Part shown: positions 36,030 through 44,328 of the stretch, piece after piece
How the letters are laid out: each line of letters opens with the position of its first letter
How positions within the stretch are numbered: position 1 is the stretch's first letter
Assembly: GCA_040400605.1 (NCBI GenBank)
Contig: JBBAPZ010000008.1
Coordinates: 1-47,889 of the forward strand
Direction of reading: 5' to 3'
Source of the DNA: Candidatus Sericytochromatia bacterium
Lineage (GTDB): Bacteria > Cyanobacteriota > Sericytochromatia > S15B-MN24 > JAQBPE01
DNA length: 47,889 bases
The notes under the pieces: generated by a model
What the model was told of the DNA's origin: nothing
What the model saw: only the letters and a program-made list of their open reading frames with translations
The model's database searches: none
Program-made: the position numbers and the translations under genes

Positions 36030-37508
36030 TCAAGCGACGTGAATGCGCGCATCCCGGGCGGCCTGGCGTTCCGCATAATAGTGATAGGCAATCATTCCCA
36101 GCAGCGAAACAACACCCACGCCTGCGATGATGTACCAAACCGTGGCGGGATGATGTAAATTCCACAACATGGTGGTGGCCTCATGCACACTGACCTGGGC
36201 TTGTGCTGCCATGGTTTCCATCACTTTGTCCTTGGGGATCGCCTTAACCGCTTCAGCGCTCATGCCGTTGTCTTGCAACCACTGGCGCGCAAAGTTGACC
36301 TTGTCACCGTGGTGCTCATAAAAACTGCCGGCAAAAATGGAACCCAAGGCCCAGCCTACACCGCTCGGCACTTCGCTGTAACCCAGGTAAAGCCCTTTTT
36401 TATCCACTGGCGCCGTCATGGCCATGTAATCCTTGGTGCGGGGGCTTGCCAGCATTTCACCGAAGGTGAAGATGATGACACCTGCCAGACAGGCATAACC
36501 GCTCATGGTGCTGCCAGCCACCAGGATACCGATGATGGAAGCGATGATACCAAAAATGATTGCAATCAACGGTCTGAAGCGGCTGGCGATGTAGGCGACC
36601 GGGATCATGACAAGCAGAATCATGAACGAATTGATGTTAAGTATCTGCTCGGCTGCCACGTGACCAGATTTGGTCAAAAACATGGCAGGCGTTGTCGACG
36701 CACTGGTCCAATCGTCGATGAAGTTGGGCAGCAAGTCGAACAGTTGGTGAAACGAAAACCAGAAGCCACTGAAAATCAGGATGAACACAAACAATCGCGG
36801 TTCGAAAATGTTGCGGATGGAGGTCACGAAAATCGTGACCACTTCTTGCAAAGCAGCGCCAAGGGAGGCATGTGGTGCCGGGCGATCGACCTCAGGCTCC
36901 TTAAACATCAACAACGGCAAGAAGTTCAGGGCAACCAAAGCGGTATTAAAATAAAAGACTGCCGACCATGAGATATCACGCAACGGCGTTGCCAGAACAC
37001 CGCCTAAAAACGCCCCGAAATTGACCAATTCGTAGAAGACGCCCCAACCGACCGACGCATTCTTGCCGTGAACACTGTGGGCGATAAGACCCTGGACGCC
37101 GGGTTTGAAGAGTCCCGTGCCGGAGGCAAGCAGCATGCAACCAGTGAAAAAGCCCCAATAATCGCGCTGGGTGGCCATGAGGGCATAACCGACAATCTTG
37201 AGCACAACTGCCACGGCGATGGTCTTTTTGTAGCCGTAGCGATCGGCAAAACCACCCGTAAACATCGGCAGAAACGACGCGATAATCGCCCACCACAAAT
37301 AAATATTGCCCTTTTGAATGTGATTGAACTCCAGGCCACCCTGCGCCGTCGCACCAACGATATACAAGGCCAAAACCAGACGCACGCCATAATAGGCCCA
37401 CCGTTCAATCATCTCCATTCCATTGGCATACCAGAAAGCGGCCGGGTAGCTTCGCAACTGTGCCCACAACGTCATGGTGTCAGCAGGGTTATCCGTGTTT
37501 TGCGCCAT
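36030..37508 (-). CDS. POT/PTR2 family proton-dependent oligopeptide MFS transporter
   Basis: EMIERWAYYG (ExxERxxYY motif), GGFADRYGYK, GTGLFKP, FYELVNFGAFLGG, GEMLASP. ATG 37508 preferred. Confidence 0.9.
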   Translation of the reverse strand: MAQNTDNPADTMTLWAQLRSYPAAFWYANGMEMIERWAYYGVRLVLALYIVGATAQGGLEFNHIQKGNIYLWWAIIASFLPMFTGGFADRYGYKKTIAVAVVLKIVGYALMATQRDYWGFFTGCMLLASGTGLFKPGVQGLIAHSVHGKNASVGWGVFYELVNFGAFLGGVLATPLRDISWSAVFYFNTALVALNFLPLLMFKEPEVDRPAPHASLGAALQEVVTIFVTSIRNIFEPRLFVFILIFSGFWFSFHQLFDLLPNFIDDWTSASTTPAMFLTKSGHVAAEQILNINSFMILLVMIPVAYIASRFRPLIAIIFGIIASIIGILVAGSTMSGYACLAGVIIFTFGEMLASPRTKDYMAMTAPVDKKGLYLGYSEVPSGVGWALGSIFAGSFYEHHGDKVNFARQWLQDNGMSAEAVKAIPKDKVMETMAAQAQVSVHEATTMLWNLHHPATVWYIIAGVGVVSLLGMIAYHYYAERQAARDARIHVA

Positions 37509-37560
37509 ATGTTCCAATTCCCCTTCCAGACTCACCCTTGGATCACCACATCGTTTTCTT

Positions 37561-37603
37561 ATCATAACAAATAAGATTAAAAAATGATTAATTAAGATTT
37601 AAG
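37561..37603 (-). promoter_or_regulatory. Extended -10 promoter with three 11-bp-periodic TTAA direct repeats upstream of the POT transporter
   Basis: Minus-strand TGTTATGAT (37569-37561). CTTAAATC, ATTAATCA and TTTAATCT start at 37603, 37592 and 37581. Confidence 0.6.
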
Positions 37604-37677
37604 AAGTTTTAAATTTTTCCAGTGGAAAGATACGATGGATGACGCGTTAAGGCATTGACTTTTATTCGCTGGGGCGG

Positions 37678-38229
37678 TCAGAGTCGATACCATTCGGGTA
37701 AATTGTGCCGGTGGTGCCGGCTTAGCCGATGTTGTTCGAGGATGAGGCCATGGGGTGCATCCTGAATCGACGTATCTGAAATGGATTGCGTGCGAAGTTG
37801 GCCGCAGACGGTCACAATCGATTGGGGGCGCACGTGAACGACAGCCACCGGGCGTTGGTCGTCATCCAGGCTCAAAACGAGGGGCAGCCGCGCGTGCAGG
37901 TTTAAAATGCCGACCACGTGCGGTGCCCGGACTTGCGGCCAATGGCTGCCGATCAGTGAGGCATTGTGCCATCGCGATGGGGCGGGATCCCAAAAAAGCC
38001 GATGCTGCAGCACAAAAACATTGCACGCCGGGTGGCGTGTTGCCGTAAAAAATTCATGTAATTCCGGAATCTGTTCGTAGACTTGCGGCAAGCATTCCGA
38101 CTGAAAAAGGAGGTTTAGGCCCGGTTCTGCTGCGAGGCCCTGCAAGATGGCCGCAACCGTGTCCGTCGCAAGCGGGTGGGGATGCAGGCGATAGTGCTTG
38201 AAGCGACCGGATCGTGCGGGTAGGGCCAT
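37678..38229 (-). CDS. Degenerate 2OG-Fe(II) oxygenase-like protein
   Basis: Ordered blocks GLNLLFQ, PACNVFVL, WHNA, PHVVGILNL, RPQSIVTVCGQL, GLILEQH and LPEW parallel a cyanobacterial 2OG-Fe(II) family as I recall it. ATG 38229 follows GGAG. Confidence 0.5.
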   Translation of the reverse strand: MALPARSGRFKHYRLHPHPLATDTVAAILQGLAAEPGLNLLFQSECLPQVYEQIPELHEFFTATRHPACNVFVLQHRLFWDPAPSRWHNASLIGSHWPQVRAPHVVGILNLHARLPLVLSLDDDQRPVAVVHVRPQSIVTVCGQLRTQSISDTSIQDAPHGLILEQHRLSRHHRHNLPEWYRL

Positions 38230-38291
38230 GGATGAATTAGGCTCCTGTGTCGGATGAAGTTGTTTCTGATCAAAACAAAGTCTTGCGCGCC

Positions 38292-38320
38292 TTGCAAGCG
38301 CAGCGGGCATTTGTTAGCGT
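38292..38320 (+). promoter_or_regulatory. Sigma70 promoter, probably leaderless, for dusB
   Basis: TTGCAA (38292-38297), 17-bp spacer, TGT-TAGCGT (extended -10, hexamer 38315-38320), then 6 nt to GTG 38327. Confidence 0.65.
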
Positions 38321-38326
38321 GAAAGG

Positions 38327-39379
38327 GTGACAGACATTGTGGTGCGTATTGGTTCGTTGGCGTTAAAAAGCATGGTCATGCTGGCACCGATGGCGGGTGT
38401 GTGCGATCGCCCGTTCAAACGTGTGGTGCGTCACTTTGACAAAGACAGCCTGCTGTCGACAGAGCTCGTCAACGGCGAGGCGTGGGTGCGCGGGCACCGT
38501 GACATGCACGATCGGGCGCAACTGTCCCCGGACGAAACGCCGGTGGCGCTACAACTATCGGGCCACGATCCTGATTTTTTGGCAGAAGCGGCCCGTCGTG
38601 CGGAAGCGGCGGGCGCGGATCTCATCGACCTCAATCTCGGCTGCCCCTCTCCCCACATCGTCAACTCCGGGAACGGCGCCGCCCTGCTAAAAACCCCCGA
38701 TGCAGTCGCCCCACTGTTCGAAGCCGTCCGGCGCGCCATTCGTGTCCCCATGACCGTCAAGATGCGCCTTGGTTGGGACCCCACACTGATGACAGGGCTT
38801 GAAATCGCGCGCACCGCCGAAGCATGCGGCGCCGATGCCATCTGGGTTCACGGTCGCACCAAGGTCCAAGGTTACGGCGGATCCGCCGACTGGGAAGCCT
38901 TGCGGGATTTCAAGAACGCGCTGGGCATTCCGGTGATTGGCAACGGCGATATCTTCACACCGGAAGACGCCAAAACACGATTAGAAATCAGCGGCGTGGA
39001 CGCGGTTGCCATCGGGCGCGGAGCCATGGGCAATCCGTGGATCTTCAAACGCTGTAACCATTACCTCCTCACAGGCGAACTGCTACCAGAACCCACGTTG
39101 TTGGAACGGATCGAAGCCGCAAGGCTACAATGCCACTACCTGATTGAAGACCTTGGCGAAAAACTCGGCGTACAGGAATCTCGTAAACATATCGCCTGGT
39201 ACGTCAAAGGCCTTCCGGAGACGCAACGGTTGCGTCAAAGTGTCAACCAGGCGCAAACAGCACAAGCGCTGCACCAAGCGCTTGACGCGTATCTCGCAGA
39301 GCAGGCTGACTGGTGCATCACCTCCCGTCCGGAACTTTACGGCACGCTGGTTGACGCCAAATGGCAACGGTACCGCTAG
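38327..39379 (+). CDS. dusB: tRNA-dihydrouridine synthase B
   Basis: LAPMAGVCD, IDLNLGCP, GAALLK, TVKMRLGWD, VHGRT, PVIGNGDI, IGRGAMGNPWIF, RKHIAWY. Confidence 0.95.
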   Translation: MTDIVVRIGSLALKSMVMLAPMAGVCDRPFKRVVRHFDKDSLLSTELVNGEAWVRGHRDMHDRAQLSPDETPVALQLSGHDPDFLAEAARRAEAAGADLIDLNLGCPSPHIVNSGNGAALLKTPDAVAPLFEAVRRAIRVPMTVKMRLGWDPTLMTGLEIARTAEACGADAIWVHGRTKVQGYGGSADWEALRDFKNALGIPVIGNGDIFTPEDAKTRLEISGVDAVAIGRGAMGNPWIFKRCNHYLLTGELLPEPTLLERIEAARLQCHYLIEDLGEKLGVQESRKHIAWYVKGLPETQRLRQSVNQAQTAQALHQALDAYLAEQADWCITSRPELYGTLVDAKWQRYR

Positions 39380-39505
39380 GGATTCGGCGATTCTGTCACA
39401 ACGCGGCCGTGTACTGTTTATTTAAAAAACGGTATGCGCTTTGTCATCTTCTGACTTTTTCCTGAATTATTGCTACCTTTGTTAAGTATAGACCGATATA
39501 CCTAA

Positions 39506-39582
39506 TTGAAATTCGTCGAAAGGCGTGGGATGCAAGAGTACCGCGGAGCATAACCAACGAATGACTACGTCAGGTTTGGCTG
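39506..39582 (+). promoter_or_regulatory. Degenerate c-di-GMP-I (GEMM-I)-like riboswitch
   Basis: GAAA-TT-CGTC-GAAA-GGCG-TGGGATGCAAGAG..CCGCGG..TAA..ATGAC..CAGGTTTGGC follows the GEMM-I order (P2 with a GNRA loop, GACGCAAAG junction, CTAA/ATG receptor, GGTTGCC) but with indels. An upstream CTGACT-N17-TACCTT promoter with TGn lies at 39451-39479. Confidence 0.5.
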
Positions 39583-39624
39583 CGCACCACTTGTCTGGTA
39601 CCGAACAGTAAAAAAGAGGACGCA

Positions 39625-40166
39625 TTGAGACTCCAGCAACAAATCGCTTTTGCGGCGGCGCTCGCGACAATCACTAGCTGCGCGTCCGCGTCTCAGTTGA
39701 CCTCTCACCAGCCAAAGCCCAGAGATGGCGCAGCGGGATTGCTGCCTCTGGCAGTGGCGCCCAGCTTTTCCTTTTTGTCGGCAGGTTCCGAATTGCCACC
39801 GCCACCTGAGAAATCTCCCAACGCCAGTTCTACCGACGTTGGTGATAAGGTTCGTGAGCGCGTGGTCCACCCCAAGCTACGATATCAAGCAACCGGAACA
39901 GGAAATGAATCGTATCCTCGCGGACGGTGAAGTGCACAACATCACAGTGCTATTTAAAGACGAATACAAGATCCGAATCCGCCAGGGGCATGCTGGGGTC
40001 CGCGATTCCAACAATCGCGGGTTCATCGCACTAAAGGACTTCCTCACGGGTACAGGCCAGTGGTGACACCCCTGAAATCAAGACCCTGATGGCTTGCGTG
40101 GATGACTGGCGAACGCGCTTCGAGATTGAAAAAGTGATCTTTGTTGCGGACTTACAAAACCATTAA
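39625..40166 (+). pseudogene. Frameshifted, probably truncated lipoprotein gene spread over three frames
   Basis: AAGAGGA SD, TTG start and an ITSC lipobox. Frame 1 runs to ...ERVVHP, frame 2 gives SYDIKQPEQEMNRILADGEVHNITVLFKDEYKIRIR..., and frame 3 gives ...GDTPEIKTLMACVDDWRTRFEIEKVIFVADLQNH (TAA 40164-40166). Confidence 0.55.
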
Positions 40167-40316
40167 CAACTTCACTAAAACAAATGGTAACACTTGTTTT
40201 TTGAGGGGTCTGACACCGCAACGCTTGGTCATCATGGTTATAAATGGCGCCCCAACGCCGTTCAGGGTTATGATTGACACTGTCGTACAAACTTTGCCTT
40301 CGAGAGGGATACTTGA

Positions 40317-41414
40317 TTGCGCACTGCCCTGCTCGTTATCAATTTCGGTGGCCCCCGCAACCTCAAAGAGGTGGAGCCATTTTTATACGAACTGTTTCGG
40401 GATAAAGACGTCATTCCCCTGCCGGGCGGCGCCTACGCCCAGGAACTGTTCGCTGACCTCATCAGTGCGCGCCGCGCACCCAAAACGCAACGCCAATATT
40501 CAGAAATCGGGGGTGGTTCCCCCTTGGTTGAAACAACCTTTGCCCAAGTGGCCGCCCTACAGCAAGCCCTGCACGCCGAAGGCATCACGCCATCCATTTA
40601 TGTGGGCATGCGCTACACCCGCCCATCCATCCGCGAAGCACTCGCAGCCATTCAAGCCGAAAACGTCGAACGCCTGATTGTGTTGGCGCTCTACCCCCAC
40701 TACTCCTTCGCGACAAGCGCCTCCAGTTACAATGAAGTCACCAAACAAATGCGTGATCTCAATATGGCGCATTTGCCCGTTCACTTTGTGCCAGCGTGGT
40801 TCGATGACCCGGACTACATCACGGCAGTCAGCGACACCGTCAAAACCGCCCTCACCCGGCTGCCTGAGACCGTCACGCCGCACCTGTTGTTCTCAGCGCA
40901 CGGGCTCCCCGTATCGTTCATCAAACGTCAGGATCCTTACATGAGCCACGTACAAGATACGATGCGACTGGTTTGTGCAGACCTTGGCTGGCGTCATACC
41001 ACCTCTTTGTCATGGCAAAGCCGTGTGGGCCCCGTCCGTTGGTTGTCACCTGCGACGGAGAATGAATTGACCAGACTTGGCAGCGAGGGCTGCAAAGCAG
41101 TTATCGTGGTGCCTGTGAGTTTCGTTGGCGATCACATCGAAACCTTATATGAAATCGACATCGAATACCAACACGTGGCACACGAAGCAGGCATCGAACA
41201 CTTTGTGCGTGCTCAGGCCCTTGATTGTCACCCACACCTGATTCGCGCCCTGGTCGCACAAGTCAAAAAAGGCCTGAGTCCCGGTGCCTGTCGACCGTGC
41301 GTGCGCTGTTTACTACCCAAACCCCAGCATGTGCACAAGCAAAAAACATGTCTGGACTGCGGCTTCAAAAAACCGGCGCACGTGCTTTTCGAAGCCGGCC
41401 AACAACGTCAGTGA
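40317..41414 (+). CDS. hemH: Protoporphyrin ferrochelatase with a Cys-rich C-terminal extension
   Basis: LLVINFGGP, Y..IGGGSPL, GMRY..P, LYPHYS..TS.S, LFSAHGLP, DPY, WQSRVGP..WL.P, SFVGDHIETLYEIDIEY. TTG start after GAGAGGG. Confidence 0.96.
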   Translation: MRTALLVINFGGPRNLKEVEPFLYELFRDKDVIPLPGGAYAQELFADLISARRAPKTQRQYSEIGGGSPLVETTFAQVAALQQALHAEGITPSIYVGMRYTRPSIREALAAIQAENVERLIVLALYPHYSFATSASSYNEVTKQMRDLNMAHLPVHFVPAWFDDPDYITAVSDTVKTALTRLPETVTPHLLFSAHGLPVSFIKRQDPYMSHVQDTMRLVCADLGWRHTTSLSWQSRVGPVRWLSPATENELTRLGSEGCKAVIVVPVSFVGDHIETLYEIDIEYQHVAHEAGIEHFVRAQALDCHPHLIRALVAQVKKGLSPGACRPCVRCLLPKPQHVHKQKTCLDCGFKKPAHVLFEAGQQRQ

Positions 41415-41424
41415 CCGGTTGATC

Positions 41425-41913
41425 GTGAACACATCCCTCTGGGTCTTGCTAACCGTGTTTCTCTACATTTTGAGCACAGCGCCCTTCTTGCCCTTGCTCA
41501 TCCTGACCCATCGATTGCGTGCGGACAACACGCCACGCATCATCACAGGCATGGCACTCCAAATCATACCGCTGGGTTTGGTTTTTCTTCCCTTGGCCGT
41601 AGCCGGCGTCGCCTACCTGACTTTCTTGCTGCAAGAATCAATCAAACGCAACCGTCAATTTGAACAATCCGGGCTAAACCACCCTGACTTGTGGCAGAAG
41701 TGGCGCCAAGAGACGATCCTTTTGTGGTGGGCCGTGGGATTGGCGATTCAACAAAAAGTCATCGCATGGTTATTCCTGGATGCGAGCGCGCGTCACCTAC
41801 CCGGTGTCCAGTGGATTGCAGCGGGTGTTGTGAGTGTGGGCTTGTGGATCGTCGTAGTTTTTAAAACACGGCGCAAGCTCCCGATTCACTCCCCGGACCA
41901 GAGGTACGTGTAG
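41425..41913 (+). CDS. Hypothetical integral membrane protein (about 4 TM)
   Basis: Hydrophobic segments directly after hemH. In-frame TTG 41419 or GTG 41425 is more plausible than the track start at 41284 inside hemH. Confidence 0.6.
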   Translation: MNTSLWVLLTVFLYILSTAPFLPLLILTHRLRADNTPRIITGMALQIIPLGLVFLPLAVAGVAYLTFLLQESIKRNRQFEQSGLNHPDLWQKWRQETILLWWAVGLAIQQKVIAWLFLDASARHLPGVQWIAAGVVSVGLWIVVVFKTRRKLPIHSPDQRYV

Positions 41914-43856
41914 CCGGCAAGCGCACGCTCGTAGTGGCTTAAAAGCAAGCGTTGCTCCGCGATGGTGATGCGACGATCCCTCAATGCCCGCTCCGTCTCG
42001 CGACGAATGCTTTCAACCAGCGCTTCATCATTGTATTGCATGTACCCCAATACCTCGCGCATGGTATCCCCGCGTACCACGTGTTCCAGTGTATAGCCAA
42101 ACTCATCCTCCGGCTCGAGGTGCACGTGGACGGTGTTGGTGTCTCCAAACAGGTTGTGTAAATTCCCCAGAATTTCCTGGTACGCACCGTTGAGAAACAT
42201 CCCCAGATAATAGGGCTCGCCGTCTTGATACGGGTGCAGTTCAAGGGCGTGTTTGACGTCCTGGATGTCAATAAAGTCATCAATCTTGCCATCACTGTCG
42301 CACGTGAGATCAGCCAAGGTACCCCGGGCACTCGGTTCTTCATTCAAACGATGAATTGGCATGATCGGGAACAATTGGTCGATCGCCCAATTATCCGGTG
42401 CGGATTGAAACACTGAAAAGTTACAATAATAGGTTGTCGCCAGCATCTGCTCCAGACTTTGCAACTCTTCCGGCACAAATTTCAAGGTGCGAACCAGTGG
42501 CTGGATGCGCCTGCAACAAGCCCAAAACAACTCTTCGGCACGGGCACGCTGCGCAAGGCTCAGGTAACCCAACGTGAAGAGGCTCAAGGATTCTTCCTTG
42601 AATTGCGTGGCATCATGTAGCGACTCTTGCAAATTGTCTTTGTTGATGCCCTCATAGGTTTCATACAGATGCCGCAACAGCACGTGATCAGACTGCTCAG
42701 GTCGAGATGGCACCTTGGCAATCACCTCACTGACACCAAGCACGTCGAACACAAGAATCGACTGATGTGACGTAATGGCACGACCTGATTCCGAAACGAG
42801 GACGGGCACAGGAATCTGCCGCTCCTTGCAAGCATCCTGGATCGCGCAGACGACGTCCGCCGCATATTCGCGAATATCATAATTTTTCGATGCATGAAAG
42901 TTGGTTTTCGAACCGTCATAATCGATGCCCAGACCGCCGCCCACATCCAGATACCGCATCGCGGCACCAGTCGAGGCCAACTCCACATAAAACTGGGATG
43001 CCTCCCGCATCGCGTTTTTAATCACACTGATGTTTGAAATCTGCGAGCCGATATGAAAGTGTAAAAGCTGCAAAGAGTCCAACATATTGTTCTGGCGCAA
43101 TGTCTCGACAACTTCCATGATTTCAGCAGCATTGAGGCCGAATTTGGCGCGATCGCCCGCGGAATCACCCCAGCGCCCAATGCCGCGTGCCGCCAATTTC
43201 GCCCTCACACCGACGATGGGCTTGATGCCCAACTTTTGCGCCGCTTGAAGCACCAAATGTACTTCGTTGAGCTTCTCGATCACGACAATTGGCGTCTGCC
43301 CCAAACGTTGCGCAAGCAAGGCTGTTTCGATGTATTCCGAGTCCTTGTAGCCATTGCAGATCACCAAGGCACCCGGTGTCTTGAGCATGGCGAGCACGAT
43401 CAGTAATTCAGGCTTGGAGCCGGCCTCCAACCCGTATTGATAACCCTTGCCGTAGTCAATGATCTCGCTGACCACGTGTCGCTGTTGACACACCTTGACC
43501 GGAAAAACGCCCCGGTACTCGTTCTCGTAACCGTAGGTACGGATGGCATCGCTGAAAGCGTCATTCAGTCGCCGGATCCGATCCGCCAGAATATCTGAGA
43601 AGCGGATCAACAATGGCAAACTGTGCCCACGACGCTGAATCTCCCCCACAAGGTCGTAGAGGTCCAGCCGATACCGTCCCTCACCCGAAGGGTCCACGAG
43701 CACGTGACCGGCATCATTGATACCAAAATAAGGCGCTCCCCAATCCAGGATATGGTAGGTCTGCTCACTGTTCTGTATGGTCCAGGGAGAGGATTTCAAA
43801 ATCGATTCCGGTTGCAAGGGCTGTGACTCCGTACCAAGACGACGAGGCACATCCAT
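41886..43856 (-). CDS. speA: Biosynthetic arginine decarboxylase
   Basis: WGAPYFGIN..G, LPLLIRFSDIL, VFPVKVCQ (PLP Lys), GLEAGSKPEL, HFHIGSQI, DVGGGLGIDYDGS, SESGRA, DLTCDSDGKID, GAYQEILGNLHNLFGD. Confidence 0.97.
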   Translation of the reverse strand: MDVPRRLGTESQPLQPESILKSSPWTIQNSEQTYHILDWGAPYFGINDAGHVLVDPSGEGRYRLDLYDLVGEIQRRGHSLPLLIRFSDILADRIRRLNDAFSDAIRTYGYENEYRGVFPVKVCQQRHVVSEIIDYGKGYQYGLEAGSKPELLIVLAMLKTPGALVICNGYKDSEYIETALLAQRLGQTPIVVIEKLNEVHLVLQAAQKLGIKPIVGVRAKLAARGIGRWGDSAGDRAKFGLNAAEIMEVVETLRQNNMLDSLQLLHFHIGSQISNISVIKNAMREASQFYVELASTGAAMRYLDVGGGLGIDYDGSKTNFHASKNYDIREYAADVVCAIQDACKERQIPVPVLVSESGRAITSHQSILVFDVLGVSEVIAKVPSRPEQSDHVLLRHLYETYEGINKDNLQESLHDATQFKEESLSLFTLGYLSLAQRARAEELFWACCRRIQPLVRTLKFVPEELQSLEQMLATTYYCNFSVFQSAPDNWAIDQLFPIMPIHRLNEEPSARGTLADLTCDSDGKIDDFIDIQDVKHALELHPYQDGEPYYLGMFLNGAYQEILGNLHNLFGDTNTVHVHLEPEDEFGYTLEHVVRGDTMREVLGYMQYNDEALVESIRRETERALRDRRITIAEQRLLLSHYERALAGYTYLWSGE

Positions 43857-44328
43857 CTTACCTTGTTTCGCCCATCCCCGTTTGACACGGCGAGCACCCC
43901 ATCATCGCGCGTTCAGTTTGCTGCCTGTTCAACTCGTTATCGAATCAAAAAGTGTTTGGGTGCGCTTCTGTGCTTGTTCGACACCGCATAAATTCAGAAA
44001 GTGCTTGCAACGCCTGTTTCAGGGTACCGTCCCTACCAACTGTCCTCTGTCAGTTTACGGGTCGAATCATCATTGCTGATAAGGCAATGTCTTGATTTCC
44101 ACGACCGTTCGCCGCGAACCGCATAATGCCCAATATGTGGTGCTTGATTGACTATCCTTCGCCCACAGAACGAAAAAACCGTTTCGTAGATGAAGCCCTT
44201 TGGTTGAGGAAGTGATGACGCAACTTTTGGAATCTCGAACCGCGCACCGCCATTTACCCGGTTACGTGACCGAGCAAAATTCTTCAACGCTTCACCTGAC
44301 GACAGGGATATGGGTCAACGTGGTTCAA

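Noticed and set aside
36183..36971. 262-aa plus-strand ORF, and similar long antisense ORFs at 9398-10102 and 45465-46262
   Set aside because: They lie wholly antisense to well-supported genes, have no motifs and show typical shadow-ORF composition.
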